Below, piece by piece: positions 33,260-47,222 of a DNA stretch of 64,000 nt. The stretch comes from Dendrobates tinctorius. Lineage: Eukaryota. The translations under genes and the position numbers were made by a program. Each line of letters begins with the position of its first letter. Within the stretch, counting starts at the first letter, position 1. Where the stretch lies: the NCBI RefSeq assembly GCF_039654945.1, contig NW_027361869.1, positions 1,240,001-1,304,000 on the forward strand, in the 5' to 3' direction. The notes below the pieces were generated by a model. It saw nothing but the letters and a program-made list of their open reading frames with translations, had not been told where the DNA came from and did no database searches.

Positions 33260-35521
33260 CATGTAGTTAGGCCTGGAAATCAACATGGCCGTGACCATCT
33301 CTCGCAGCCTCAGATGTCCCTGTGTATTATGGTCTGACTACGGACCATGATGTACTAAATGGCCGCTGATTCCCTAACCAATACGTATGGGCCTAAGAGG
33401 CTGTTGTGTTCAGGCCAGGAAACCCACGGCCGGTCTGTACATCGCGTTCCGCACTCGTGCCATGAAACGCGGAGGTGTGAAATTGGCCTAATAGTGAAGG
33501 CATATGGAATATACTATACAGGACGATTAATTCAACTGTGAATAAAGAGAATTATACATAGAGGAAGTGAAGTGTGCACTCCCATATTTCTTCCCTGATC
33601 TGACATGACCTGTTGACCATGAAGGGAGTTTTTTTAAGACTGATGAATAATATAGTCAGGTGCATGGACTGAGACGCAGATAAAGACCACCGATAACCTA
33701 TAGGTTCAGAGACTCGCATACTTGGGGTCTGCCAACCTTATCTGACTCCCACATAGTCTCATTAAATGTGAGGTCACAGGGGTGACATGGTGGTGCCTTA
33801 TATCCAGCTCCGACTCCTACACCTCATTCCCCTCCCTCCTGTGTAATTATATCACAGGAAACTGAGCCCCTGCTGGAAATAATGAGCTGTCATCTGCTGA
33901 GCTAATCACCCAGAGATCTAGGATTACACTGGGAAACTGATAAAATGGCAGGGACTGTGGTCGCCGGGGAGGTTCCCATACCTGTCCTCAGACCTCAGTA
34001 TATGGGATTATTAGTTACCCACAACGAAGAGCAGTCTGAAAACAAAAAATGTAAAAAAAAAAAAACCCACAAAACTTTTAGTTTGTATGCTGCCTTTTCT
34101 TGAGCGTCCTGTTTGTTAGCGCCACCATTATTTATAGGTTGTGTTAAGTAATGCAGCTCAGCCCTATTGAAGTGAATACTGCAATACCAGGCATAAACTA
34201 ACGACAACGCCGGCCCTGATTCCCCCCAAGAAACAACCATAATTAGGGGCGTAAGTATGTAATGGGGGGGCATAGGTAGCAACGGTACCCTGGTCTTAGT
34301 GCTGGAGGGGTCCCAATGACCCCTCTGCCACCTAGAAAGACACCAGTATTTCCACGTTGATTTTTGCTGCGATACGAACCACGCTGTCAAACTATGCTCC
34401 ATGCAGAATAGTACAAGTGTATAGCGACAAAAAAAAAATACAGCGACAAATACGTTGTGAAAAATCAAACTTTTTCTAACTTTTTTTTGTGACTTTGTTG
34501 CTATGCGACCCCATTCACTTGCATTATGCGTTGATGGTAAGTGCGGGGTTGTCCTATTACAGAGTATGCATTGGTGTTCACAGATAAGCCTCAGCCATCA
34601 TAAATCGCCTTCATATTCCCCCTCCGTTGGAACACAAGGATATAATCAGTTATTAGTCAGATGCACTAAAGCTTTAAAAAGTTGTATGCGATTCAAAACA
34701 AAACAAAAAAAATATTTTCAAGAAACAGCGCCACTCTTGTCTGCGGGTTGAGAGCGGTATTGCAGTATTCCCTTGAATAGGCCTGAGCTGCAGTACCAGA
34801 TACTGACTGTGGGCAAAAGCGGCGCTGTTACTGAAAGGAAATAAAAGTTAAACAGACCTTTTTTTTCTATTTTTTTTTTATATAAAAAAATCCTAATACC
34901 AATTTATAACAAATAAAAACAAACATTAAACCCTCCAGAAAGAAAAGCAAAAGGACACTGTTTAATTATGCGTCATTTATTTTGCATATGTCAGACGGTC
35001 CCAATTGATAGGCCTCATATCTAGATCTGACTATCCTTCACGTCACATATAAAATCCATGTACTGTCAACATAAAGTCTATGATATTTGCTCTCCATATA
35101 GATCTCCGCGTTGTTCATTTATAACCAATTATTTTAAAGGATTTGTAAAAATATATTTCTGCTTGATGTAATAAAATGGCTGTGACCTTCAAGTTCTCTG
35201 AAGTGGTGATATAGAATTAGTGCAGGATGAAGAAAAAGCCTAAAGTCCAGGCCTGGAATAAAAAAACAACCTGCAGAGACCTATGTGTTGTCATATGGCT
35301 AAGGTCATTTAGTTTTTGGTGATCCAAATGGCCTCATATCCTTAACAATGTGAGCTTTATTAGACCCTAAGACCCACCTCAAATGCAAGTTTCCAACCGT
35401 GAAAGGTCAAGGGGACCAAAGGTCTGAAAAGTTCCTCAGTTCCAGTTTATGTTCTTAACAGTCTTTACAATCTGAAATTCAACCATAAGCTGCTTTAAGG
35501 TTTGTGTTTCCGGTCGACAGG

Positions 35522-38191
35522 TCATAATGTCTCAGCCCGTTCCCATGGTGGGCACTCATACAAAACATCTTCGACATAACCACTGTCTATGAACCACTGA
35601 TTCGCCACAGGTTCCTCTTTCAACTCTTGCCAAGTTGGATGGTGGTCAGCAGGCAGGAACCATTGGCTATCCATTATGGCAGGTTCCTGATTGGATACTT
35701 CCAAATTGGAAGTGTTCACAACTGAGGCATTGACCCCAGAAGGTCCTATGTCTTCTTCCCACCACATTGATATTAAGGCTGTCTGCAGATCAAGGTCATC
35801 AAAGTTGCTTCCATGCAGATGATCACTTTCAGAAGACATGAAGTTGTCCCCATGTCGTTCCTGTAACCTTAGGGCTGGCAAAACAGGACTGGGCTTCTCT
35901 TGCCTCCTTAGCTGCTTGTAACTGCAAGAAGAATTTGTGTTTTGGCGATTATTTGGTCGAACAGATGATTGGTAGGGATGATGGATTGGTACGTTGCTGC
36001 ACCTTGGAGGGTCAAGATGAGATGCTGGCATCCTTCTTCTCCGCAATACTCCATTCACGAACATATCAGCATAACGGGGATCCATCTGCCAAAATCCACC
36101 TTTCCCAGGTTCATCCTTTCCTCTGGGTACTTTCATAAAGCATTTATTCAAAGAGAGGTTGTGCCGGATGGAATTCTGAAATGGGAAAAAAAAAGACTAA
36201 TGTATGGAAGATGGAAGGGATGATGAGACAGACGCTCTAATGTACAGATCTATGCATATTCCCATAGTAAGATGTGTGGTTCCACCACAATTTGTGCAAT
36301 ACGTTGCCTATCCAGGTCTGGTTAATGGAGTATGACTGCTGAAAAGTAGATGAATGATCCCATCATCTCTGTCATCCCCCACACCATACCTGCTCAGGTG
36401 TCCCTTACCAGCAGGACAAAGTGCTCCATTATGCAGCTGTCTCTGACAGCCAGGCTGGTAGCCTACTGTTGACTATAGAAGGACACCTGGCAAGGACCTC
36501 ACCAAAAGATGAGGCTGGTCATGAATAATGCAATGTGCCGTAATCACAGGAGGATTCCCATCTCAACGTGAGCAGGTCATTGATTCCTTCTCCATACAAA
36601 ACTCCTCTTATGCCCTTTACACTGAGGTCCTTTCATGTCCTATCAAGAAGTAAGAGTAGAAACACAGATGCTCACTGGGCCAAAACCAAATAAAAGGACA
36701 GGTGAATATCCCAGGATATGTATCTAGGAAGAAGCATTTATAACCAAAAATTCAGGCTATGCAAGATAGTCTATGTCCACATTGCTGCCTGACGAGGACA
36801 TAATTATAGGGGATGCAGCATTAGCAACCACATCTGAAGGGGCTTGAAAAATATGTCTTTACCTCATGATATGACCCTTAATCTCTTGTCACTGACGAAG
36901 CTCAGTTACCTTTGTCCTGTAGCTATTACCTTCTGTATACAGATACTTCAGGTCATCAATATCCTAGACCTTGTGTCTCCTACACAGAAATTAATGATGA
37001 TGTCAGTCATCACCATCTTAATCTCCGTCTTCTCATTTAGACTTATAGTTAAGATTTTCTGATCCTCAAGTTTTCAAAAGAGTTCCTACGTTGATCCTAT
37101 ACATGTAGCACTATTAAATGCTACAGATGAACCAGATATAAAAAGTCCTCAAGAGACCCGTTAGGGGACTCTATGTTGAGTTTCTAGAGTTTTGAACCGG
37201 GAGGTCTGGGAGAAAACTAGTTATATGTGGACGACCAGGGACAGATTGGGGACTTATGTCAGGGAACAGTTAGGGGATGCTCTCACTGGGTTTTCTAAAA
37301 AGTTTTTGGAGCAGAATCTGAGTTGTAACTCTCCAAATTTTCCTTAAAAACACAAAACTCCTCAAAAAATTGGAGTTTCTGCTCAGTTTCCTTTCCAAAA
37401 ACTAAGCAAAAAAATAGTATGAACAAACTCTTATGGGACACTTTTCTGATTACAGGACCACACCTTGGTCTTCTGCCCGAAGCCTACATCTACAACATAC
37501 ACTTCAATCATCCTTGATACTGGGAAAACTTGAGCTGGTACCAGTCCTAAAACCAAGTAGGCCTTGACTTACTTCACTTTTGATGGCCACAATGTGGATT
37601 ACTAGAACTTTACATAGCCATCATACCTGACTGTGGTGACTCCAGGGGCCACATATGGTAGGGACACGGTAGGTGACAGCTCAAGCTATCCCTCTTGATA
37701 AGACCTCCATCTAGATAGTGAACAGATCTTACCTGCCAGCTGGGGTCAGCATGCCTATAGTAACAGAAGTTCTGGGTGATCCAGTTGTATATGGCGGACA
37801 GGGTCAGTTTTCTCTGCTGGCTGGCTTCCATAGCCATGCATATGAGGGTGGCATAGGAATATGGCGGTTTAACATTAGGATTTGTTCTGTAATCCACTTC
37901 CTGCATAGGATTTGGTCCAGAAGACGGTAAAGACGGCCAGGCATTGGATCCGATGTTGGACCTTTGTTTCCCTGTACGAGGAGCCTGGAAGGAGGCCGTA
38001 TCTCCAGCTGGAGGGCTACATGGTCCTTGGGTCTTGTTCGTTGCAGGAGGACAAGAAATAGCAAATGAAGTCAAGCCAGAGCTCCAAATGGAAAAGTCTT
38101 GAAGCCACTGTAGATTGGTTAAGCTGTCATCTTCTCGATTATTGTCCTTCTCCATGTGAGAAGTTTGATGGTTAGAAGAAAGAACAGGCAT
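35522..38191 (-). CDS. foxj1.2: Forkhead box protein J1.2; coding exons 38191-37733 and 36175-35522; 370 aa
   Basis: FoxJ1 N-terminal motif [15 protein letters not shown]. Forkhead domain [14 protein letters not shown]...ADPSWQ|[29 protein letters not shown] is joined by a phase-0 GT-AG intron. The C-terminus [12 protein letters not shown] matches Xenopus FoxJ1.2 as recalled. Confidence 0.92.
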
Positions 38192-38576
38192 GGTCCTCTG
38201 GAAAGGGCCAATGGCAGATCTGTAATAAAGGCATCACAATTATTTAGTAAGACCTAGCTGTTGGCATGTAACCATCTACGTCCATCTATGGTCCTTATTT
38301 TTATTTTTTTGTTCCACCTGTGCAACTATCTCAGTAGGTCTGTGTGAACCAGGAGGCTTAGGATGAACAGTGCTATATGACTCTTCTCAGTCATGGAGTA
38401 TAGGAAAACCAGGGATGTGTGAAATCATCTTTCTGGAATATCGCTTTAAGTGATACAGCAACTCCCATCATCATTATCTCCATAACAAAACCAAATTCCT
38501 TGCATGCATGCCCAGGTCACGGAACCATGGGACTGCAGCCCATATGCTTGAATGATGCTCCTTTAATATCTTTTAA

Positions 38577-38961
38577 AGGGGTTGTCCACTTTTACCATTT
38601 TTTTTTAAAAGTTTCATAATGGGTTACAAAAAAAATATACTTCCCTCCCCGCCCCATTCAGGCTCTGTCTGACCCCCTGTTTTCTTTAAATTCCTGCCGC
38701 AGCATGTACATCCTGACACACGCACATGTGACCGAGGTAGCGAATCACTAGCTGAGGCATAAAGCTGCTGTGGCCTGTGATTGGCTGAGCAGTCATTTCC
38801 TGTGTGTCCAGAGGGAACAGGAAGTAAAGACTTGCATGATCGGTAGTAATTGTCAGAATGGGACCAGCGGCGGATTGTTAGGTGAGTATCAATTTTTATT
38901 TTTTTGTTTTTCCATTGCCATTTTTAACTTTTTTTTTTCTTGTAGGTAATGGACAGCCCCT
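38577..38961. mobile_element. TTAA MITE (T2/Kolobok-type)
   Basis: TTAA|AGGGGTTGTCCA ... TGGACAGCCCCT|TTAA. Confidence 0.82.
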
Positions 38962-40329
38962 TTAAGGAATATTCTAAATGATATAAAATGGTTGATGAAT
39001 AGATGCACCATGTAGATTACAATTATTTGTTGGGAGGATCCAAATAGTGTTAAACTCTATGATCAGTTTATTATTTTGTGTGATCCTTCTTACCAAAAAA
39101 ATGTTTTCCTAACATGGACAATTCCTTTAAGGAATTAATATAATTTCCTTAATCTATTTATCATGATGATGATTTAAGTTATTTCTATCAGAGATGCGGT
39201 AATCATGAACTCAACTTGCTGATGTGCCATAAGAACCCACAGGAGCATAGCCATAGGGCCACAGCGGCACCCGCGCCTCGGTATCTCAGAGACTGGAGGG
39301 AGAGTCTTGTATTATTTATCCGCCATTTAAAAAAAAAAAAAAAACAGCACCCTCCTGCCTGCAGGTTGTATGTGGTATTGCAGCTCAGGTCAATTTACAA
39401 GAGGGAGAAGGGGATCCGGAGTAACTTATAGGTTGTCATCATATATAACAGGATGGTTGCATGCCTTGCCTTTCGTTCAAGCCTCTGTCTCCACTTGTTT
39501 GCCGTTTGCTTTCCATTTAGCTGCCTCTTCCCTAATGACAGTAAATATAGCCGGATAATATCCCGCAATGGGCCCAGTCACCGCGGCACCACCTCCCCCA
39601 AGACTTCACCCCAGGGACTGTTTGTTCAAATGTGCTTAGAACAAATAGCGCTTGTTCCTGCAGCCTGCGCGCGTGCCCAGGTCACCCAGGGAGCGGCGTT
39701 ACATATTCACCCTAACGCAAACCCTTTTCTAGCTTGTAACCAGGAATAACTGAATTATAAGGGTCCCATATCCCATTATAGCGTCCCATCAGGTGGAGGT
39801 AACAGTAAGACATGAAAGTAGGAAGGTGGGATAATAAGATCTGATCGGGATATAACGTACTTGTAACATACATATACACAGCGCACTAGAAGTTAATAAG
39901 GGAGGACACTGTATAAGGGGCAGAGGTCATGGATTTTGCAGCTCACATTTACTGATGGATTTTATAATTGTTGGTATATAATGGTGACAATTGATGAAGA
40001 GCTATTGAAAATATAGAGACCCACGTACCGCTCTCTCAGCGTTGTCCGCCATGGATATGGTATGATATGATAGTCAGGTATAATAGTGCAATATAGTAGT
40101 AAGATGATAATAACGTTACATGATCAGACACTGGTTGGATATAGTTGCATTATGTGATATGATGGTGGGATATGGTATGATTACGGTAATAAGCAGGGGT
40201 TAACATACTATTGGTGCAATATGGTGAGCTATTGGACTGCAAAGGGCCCATATATCGCTCCTGCTCAGGGGTCGTCTCCCGCTAGGGATAATGATATATG
40301 ATGGCATTACGGTGTGATACACGACTGAG

Positions 40330-42250
40330 ATGTGATCGTATTACGGAGTGATATGATAGTATTACAGATTTATACACTAATAAGATATGTTAGTATTACG
40401 GTTTTATACATTAGTAAGATATGACAGTATTACTGTGTGACCTGCTAGTAAGATACAATGGTATTACAGGTTGACATAGTTGTAGTAAAGTGTGGAGCAC
40501 CATATTATAGCGTTACGGTGTGATATGACAGTACTACAGTGTGATATGGTAGCATTATGGTGTGATATAATAGTACTATGGTTTGATATAGTATTACAGT
40601 TTTATACACTAATAAGATGTATTAGTATTACGGTTTTAATAATTATTAAGACATGATAGTATTACGGTGTGACATGCTCATAAGATACAATGGTATTACA
40701 GGGTGACAGTTGTAGTAAAGTGTGATGCACCATATGATAGCATTATGGTGTAATATGATGGTGTTACAGTGTGATTGGTACCATTACATAGTAATAGTAT
40801 TAAGGTGTGATATGGTAGCATTACGGTTTAATATGTTAGTATTATGGGTGATATGATAGTCAAACAGTGTCATATAGTAGTATTACGGCTTTATAGACTA
40901 GCAACAAATCTTAGCATTATGGTGTTATACAGTGGTATTATGGTTTTATACTCTAGCAACATATGATAGTATTATGGTGTGATATAGTGGTATTCCGGCT
41001 TTACACACTAGTAACATATGATAGTTTTACGGTGTGATATAGTGGTATTACGGTTTTATACACTAGTAACATATGATAGCATTATATACCGATATAGTGG
41101 TATTACAGGGTGACATAATTGTCGTAAAGTGTGATGCACCATATGATAGCATTACTGTTTGATATGATAGCATTATGGTGTAATATGATAGTATTATCGT
41201 GTTAGCTGATAGTATTACAGTGTGATTGGTAGCATTACAGAGTAATATGTTAGTATTAAGGTGTGATATGGTAGCATTATGGTTTAATATGATAGTATTA
41301 TGGGTGACATGATAGTATTACAGTGTGATATGATAGTCATACAGTGTCATATAGTAGTATTACAGCTTTATAGACTAGCAACATATTATAGCATTATGGT
41401 GTGATGTAGTGAGTGGTATTACGGTTTTATACACTAGTAACATATGATAGCATTATGGTGTGATGTAGTGGTATTACGGTTTTATACAATAGTAACATAT
41501 GATAGCATTATGGTGTGATGTAGTAGTATTACAGTTTTATACACTAGTAACATATGATAGCATTATGGTGTGATGTAGTGAGTGGTATTACTGTTTTATA
41601 CACTAGTAACATATGATAGCATTATGGTGTGATGTAGTGAGTGGTATTACAGTTTTATACACTAGTAACATATCATAGCATTATGGTGTGATGTAGTGAG
41701 TGGTATTACGGCTTTATAGACTAGCAACATATTATAGCATTATGGTGTGATATACTGTAGTATTACGGTTTTATACACTAGTAACATATGATAGCATTAT
41801 GGTGTGATGTAGTGAGTGGTATTACAGTTTTATACACTAGTAACATATCATAGCATTATGGTGTGATGTAGTGAGTGGTATTACGGCTTTATAGACTAGC
41901 AACATATTATAGCATTATGGTGTGATATACTGTAGTATTACGGTTTTATACACTAGTAACATATGATAGCATTATGATGTGATGTAGTAGTATTACTGTT
42001 TTATACACTAGTAACATATGATAGCATTATGATGTGATGTAGTAGTATTACTGTTTTATACACTAGTAACATATGATAGCATTATGGTGTGATGTAGTAG
42101 GGTTTTATACACTAGTAACATATGATAGCAGTATGGTGTGATGTAGTAGTATTACGATTTTATACACTAGTAACACAATTTTTTGGTGTGGCATGCTAGT
42201 AAGATGTAGTGGTATTACAGGGTGATATAGCAGTAGTAATGTGTGATACC
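40330..42250. repeat. AT-rich degenerate minisatellite, ~50-54-bp unit (TTTTATACACTAGTAACATATGATAGCATTATGGTGTGATGTAGTAGTATTACGG)
   Basis: Homogeneous at 41350-42180 and decaying into a ~22-bp sub-unit (GTATTACGGTGTGATATGATA) leftwards. Confidence 0.9.
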
Positions 42251-43087
42251 CCATGTGATAGCAGCACAAAGTGTTACATAATAATTTGATGACAGGATAC
42301 AGTATTGTAGCGGTCTGTATTACAATCAATGTAACAAGAGAATGACACTTGTAATGTTCAGATGTAGCTGAGCTGAATGTGTCGTGCACGTCTCCCTGGC
42401 TGCTCATCAGAGTATTGTGATAAATGAGTATACAGATACAGGACGTTACTGTGCATTATCACAGACACCACGTCTCAGTGTCACAACGCTGTGTGCCAGA
42501 TGACAAGCTCGGCTCTGCTACCTCTGTGCACTAGGACAGTACAGAAAACTACAGATATATAATACTTTCTATAACAAGGTGCCTTGCTGGTGAAAAGTGG
42601 GGAGAGTTGAGGATTTTGTCCTTTGATGTGAGGATCAGTGGCGATGATACAGTAGAGGCGTATCCGCCTGTGTCCGGCGTACTTCCCAGTAGGTGACGCT
42701 CCCCTGGGATGTGTGTGACAGGATCAAGTCACCTGGAAATCTGATCAGCAAACAGGTGTCCAATGCTCCTCCGAACCCATGATGCCCCCCGACCCTATAG
42801 CGCCCCTATACCATCTATGCACTTTTATCTATAAAGATGTAGCAGAGCTGAATTTGTCATTTTAGTTTATTATTTTTTTTTTTTAGGGGGGTTGCATAAT
42901 CAAGGTTAACATTCGGTAATGGGTGACCACCATAAGAGTGTCCTGTAAGTCCAGCATGCTGAGACTTGTAGTTCCTCCCCAGTTATGGAAGCATGCTAAC
43001 TTCTCTAGGAGGCATTGCACAAGGTATAAAAAGGTGATAAAAAGCTAAAAGTGCATTAAAGTCATGTAGAGCATATGATGATCTTAC

Positions 43088-43290
43088 CTCAGGGAGAGAC
43101 TAAGCCGGTTGGGGCCGATGTTCTCTGACAAGTGATCCCACTGTACACTGAGCTGCAGCCTCTGCCACCTTACCTCCCTAGGGAGCTTAGCCCTTTAAAC
43201 AGAACTCTGACATCTGATTGGTTGTCGGTTGCCAGGTACCCTGTTCTCGCAGCGTCCAATCAGATTGCGGAGATTTTTCAACCGTTTAAA
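43088..43290 (-). promoter_or_regulatory. Candidate promoter and non-coding first exon of foxj1.2
   Basis: Minus-strand donor GAG|GTAAGA at 43088/43087, two CCAAT boxes (about 43217 and 43256) and X-box-like GTTGCCAGGTACC at 43228. The first coding exon has an acceptor at 38220, so an upstream exon is likely. Confidence 0.4.
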
Positions 43291-44499
43291 GGTATTGTAT
43301 ACAAGCCCCTCCTCTGTGGCTGAGCAGGAGAGCAGCCTGAGGTGTCCTGTCCTCTGCAGGGGGAGTGGGATGGAAACTTTAGCCCCTCGATGGACATTTT
43401 TTTTTTCAAGTAAAGTTTTTGGTAATTTCATAATAATGTTTCATTTTGAGATTTGATACAATGTGACATAAATATGTAATTAAAATTGTAGCAAATGTCC
43501 TAATTAAATATTATTTCGAAATTATCGAAAAATCTCTGCGGGACGTTTATAAGCAAAATGTGCCAAAATTTGGCCCCTAAAAATAGTGGGAGAAGGAGTG
43601 TAAAATGTGACGGATTTTACATACAGGTATGTAAAAAAAAAAAAAAAAAAGTGTCAGGTGAGTGAGCGGCATCCTTCACCATTGTGGATCGATTTGGCCC
43701 CATTTCCACCATCATGATTGGGGTTGTTCCGCTATATGTGTCTGATGGCCTTCAGCTCGATCTCCAGCCCCGGCAACTGGATGGGTGACCGATCTGTAGG
43801 ACGCCCGGGTAGGTCCACCAGGGTCTTCTCCGCTCTTATGTGGTTTAAGAGGAATTGAAAACTTTGTAAAAAGTAACAAATAAAATATTTTTGTGTGTGA
43901 GGGCTTTTTTTTAGGGTACCGAGCTGTTGTTTTTATTGGTACGTTTTGGGGTCCATATGATATTTTGATTGTTTTCTGTTGCATCTTTTTGGGGAAAGTT
44001 CAGCAACCAAAAAACAGCAATTCTGGCGTTTTCCTATTTTATTCCTTTTCGGTGTTAATTAATTTTATATGATGGTAGATTGGACCTTCATGGATATAAC
44101 GATGCGATTGTTGTTAGTGGCTCACATTTCTGGGTAATAAAGATGGTAACCGGACCGGATCCATCATTCTGTGGTTGCGCCCGGACACCTTATTACAGGT
44201 AGGGGGCAGTTTACAGCCATCTTGTCATTTATGGTCCTGACTTTTATGATACCGCTGTGCTCTAGGGTTCTTCCCCCTCCACAAACTTCTTGTATCCTGT
44301 TTTATTACACTGTACTTGGTATCTGCGAGGATTTTCCTGCAGGTAAGAGTTTGCAAAGAATAATTTACACTGTCACCCAACTTTCTTAAAGCCCTGAATG
44401 GCAGAGCCACTGAGAAAAGCTGCGAGACAACCATGTGGGATTTCCATTAGCTCTTGTATATTCATTGCTACTCAGCTTTCCCAAAAACAGTTTTTTTTC

Positions 44500-47002
44500 A
44501 GCAGGTCTTGTGGGGTGTTCCCTGTTTACGGCAGGTCTTGTGGGGTGTTCCCTCTATACGGCAGGTCTTGTGGGGTGTTCCCTGTATACGGCAGGTCTTG
44601 TGGGGTGTTCCCTGTATACGGTAGGTCCTGTGGGGTGTTCCCAGTATATGGCAGGTCTTGTGGGGTGTTCCTGGTATAAAGCAGGTCTTGTGGGGTGTTC
44701 CCTCTATACGGTAGGTCCTGTGGGGTGTTCCCAGTATATGGCAGGTCTTGTGGGGTGTTCCCTGTATACAGCAGATCTTGTGGGATGTTCCCTGTATATG
44801 GCAGATCTTGTGGGGTGTTCCCAGTAAACGGCAGGTCTTGTGGGGTGTTCCCTGTATACGGCAGGTCTTGTGAGGTGTTCCCTGTATACGGCAGGTCTTG
44901 TGAGGTGTTCCCGGTATAGGCAAGTCTTATGGGGTGTTCCCTGTATACGGCGGGTCTTGTTGGTTGTTCCCGGTATACGGCAGGTCTTGTGGGGTGTTTC
45001 CTGTATACGGCAGGTCTTGTGGGGTGTTCCCGGTATACGGCAGGTCTTGTGGGGTGTTCCCAGTATATGGCAGGTCTTGTGGGGTGTTCCCTGTTTACGG
45101 CAGGTCTTGTGGGATGTTCCCGGTATACGGCAGGTCTTGTGAGGTGTTCCCTGTATACGGCAGGTCTTGTGGGGTGTTCCCTGTATACGGCAGGTCTTGT
45201 GGGGTGTTCCCTGTATATGGCAGGTCTTGTGGGGTGTTCCCAGTATACGGCAGGTCCCGTGGGGTGTTCCCTGTATACGGCAGGTCTTGTGGGGTGTTCC
45301 CTGTATACGGCAGGTCTTGTGGGGTGTTCCCAGTATACGGCAGGTCCCGTGGGGTGTTCCCTGTATACGGCAGGTCCCGTGGGGTGTTCCCTGTATACGG
45401 CAGGTCTTGTGGGGTGCACCCTGTATATGGCAGGTCTTGTGGGGTGTTCCCAGTATACGGCAGGTCCCGTGGGGTGTTCCCTGTATACGGCAGGTCTTGT
45501 GGGGTGTTCCCTGTATACGGCAGGTCTTGTTGGGTGTTCCCTGTATACGGCAGGTCTTGTGGGGTGTTCCCTGTATACGGCAGGTCTTGTGGGGTGTTCC
45601 CTGTATACGGCAGGTCTTGTGAGGTGTTCCCTGTATACGTCAAGTCTTGTGGGGTGATCCCTGTATACGGCAGGTCCTGTGGGGTGTTCCCTGTATACGG
45701 CAGGTATTGTGGGGCGTTCCCAGTATACGGCAGGTCCTGTGGGGTGTTCCCTGTATACGGCAGGTCTTGTGGGGTGTTCCCAGTATACGGCAGGTCCCGT
45801 GGGTTGTTCCCAGTATACGGCAGGTCCCGTGGGGTGTTCCCTGTATATGGCAGGTCTTGTGGGGTGTTCTCTGTATACGCAGGTCTTGTGGGGTGTTCCC
45901 TGTATACGGCAGGTCTTGTGGGGTGTTCACTGTATACGGCAGGTCTTGTGGGGTGTTCCCAGTATACGGCAGGTCCCGTGGGGTGTTCCCTGTATACGGC
46001 AGGTCTTGTGGGGTGTTCCCTGTATACGGCAGGTCTTGTTGGGTGTTCCCTGTATACGGCAGGTCTTGTGGGGTGTTCCCTGTATACGGCAGGTCTTGTG
46101 GGGTGTTCCCTGTATACGGCAGGTCTTGTGGGGTGTTCCCTGTATACGTCAAGTCTTGTGGGGTGATCCCTGTATACGGCAGGTCCTGTGGGGTGTTCCC
46201 TGTATACGGCAGGTCTTGTGGGGCGTTCCCAGTATACGGCAGGTCCTGTGGGGTGTTCCCTGTATACGGCAGGTCTTGTGGGGTGTTCCCAGTATACGGC
46301 AGGTCCCGTGGGGTGTTTCCAGTATACGGCAGGTCCCGTGGGGTGTTCCCTGTATACGGCAGGTCTTGTGGGGTGTTCTCTGTATACGCAGGTCTTGTGG
46401 GGTGTTCCCTGTATACGGCAGGTCTTGTGGGGTGTTCCCTGTATACGCAGGTCTTGTGGGGTGTTCCCTGTATACGGCAGGTCTTGTGGGGTGTTCCCTG
46501 TATACGTCAAGTCTTGTGGGGTGATCCCTGTATACGGCAGGTCCTGTGGGGTGTTCCCTGTATACGCAGGTCTTGTGGGGTGTTCCCTGTATACGCAGGT
46601 CTTGTGAGGTGTTCCCTGTATACGTCAAGTCTTGTGGGGTGATCCCTGTATACGGCAGGTCCTGTGGGGTGTTCCCTGTATACGGCAGGTCTTGTGGGGT
46701 GTTCCCAGTATACGGCAGGTCTTGTGGGGTGTTTCCTGTATGCGGCAGGTCTTGTGGGGCGTTCCCAGTATACGGCAGGTCCTGTGGGGTGTTCCCTGTA
46801 TATGGCAAGTCTTGTGGGGTGATCCCTGTATACGGCAGGTCTTGTGGGGTGTTCCCAGTATATGGCAGGTCTTATGGGGTGTTCCCTTGTATACGGCAGG
46901 TCTTGTGGGGTGTTCCCGGTATCTGGCAGGTCTTTTGGGGTGTTCCCTGGTATACGGCAGGTCCTGTGGGGTGTTCCCGGTATATAGCAAGTCTTGTGGG
47001 TG
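44500..47002. repeat. 30-bp minisatellite (GGCAGGTCTTGTGGGGTGTTCCCTGTATAC)n, ~83 copies
   Basis: Tandem unit directly visible; the variant TACGTCAAGTCTTGTGGGGTGATCCC recurs. Confidence 0.97.
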
Positions 47003-47222
47003 TTAAAACCTTGTATGCAAACCTGGGAATCTGTGCCCTGACATTATGTGAATATGACATTTACCAAGACCAAGTACTAACCTTCATGACAACCTCTTTC
47101 CAGTGGTTGTATAGTTTGTAATGGATAGGAAAAGTCCTCTAATTGGGATCTGATAGATCTAGAAATATCAGATGTTCTCAATTATGTGATTGTAGGATGA
47201 CATATTTATGTATATATATATA

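Noticed and set aside
36785-36825. CTGACGA hammerhead-like box in the foxj1.2 intron
   Set aside because: No stem II followed by GAAA, so the core is incomplete.
37610-37732. C-terminal part of the 193-aa ORF 37610..38191
   Set aside because: Read-through into the intron past the GTAAG donor; the forkhead domain continues in the exon at 36175.
44398-47121. Long ORFs up to 471 aa and a superficially CRISPR-like periodicity
   Set aside because: Head-to-tail 30-bp tandem repeat with no unique spacers and no cas genes, in a eukaryotic context.
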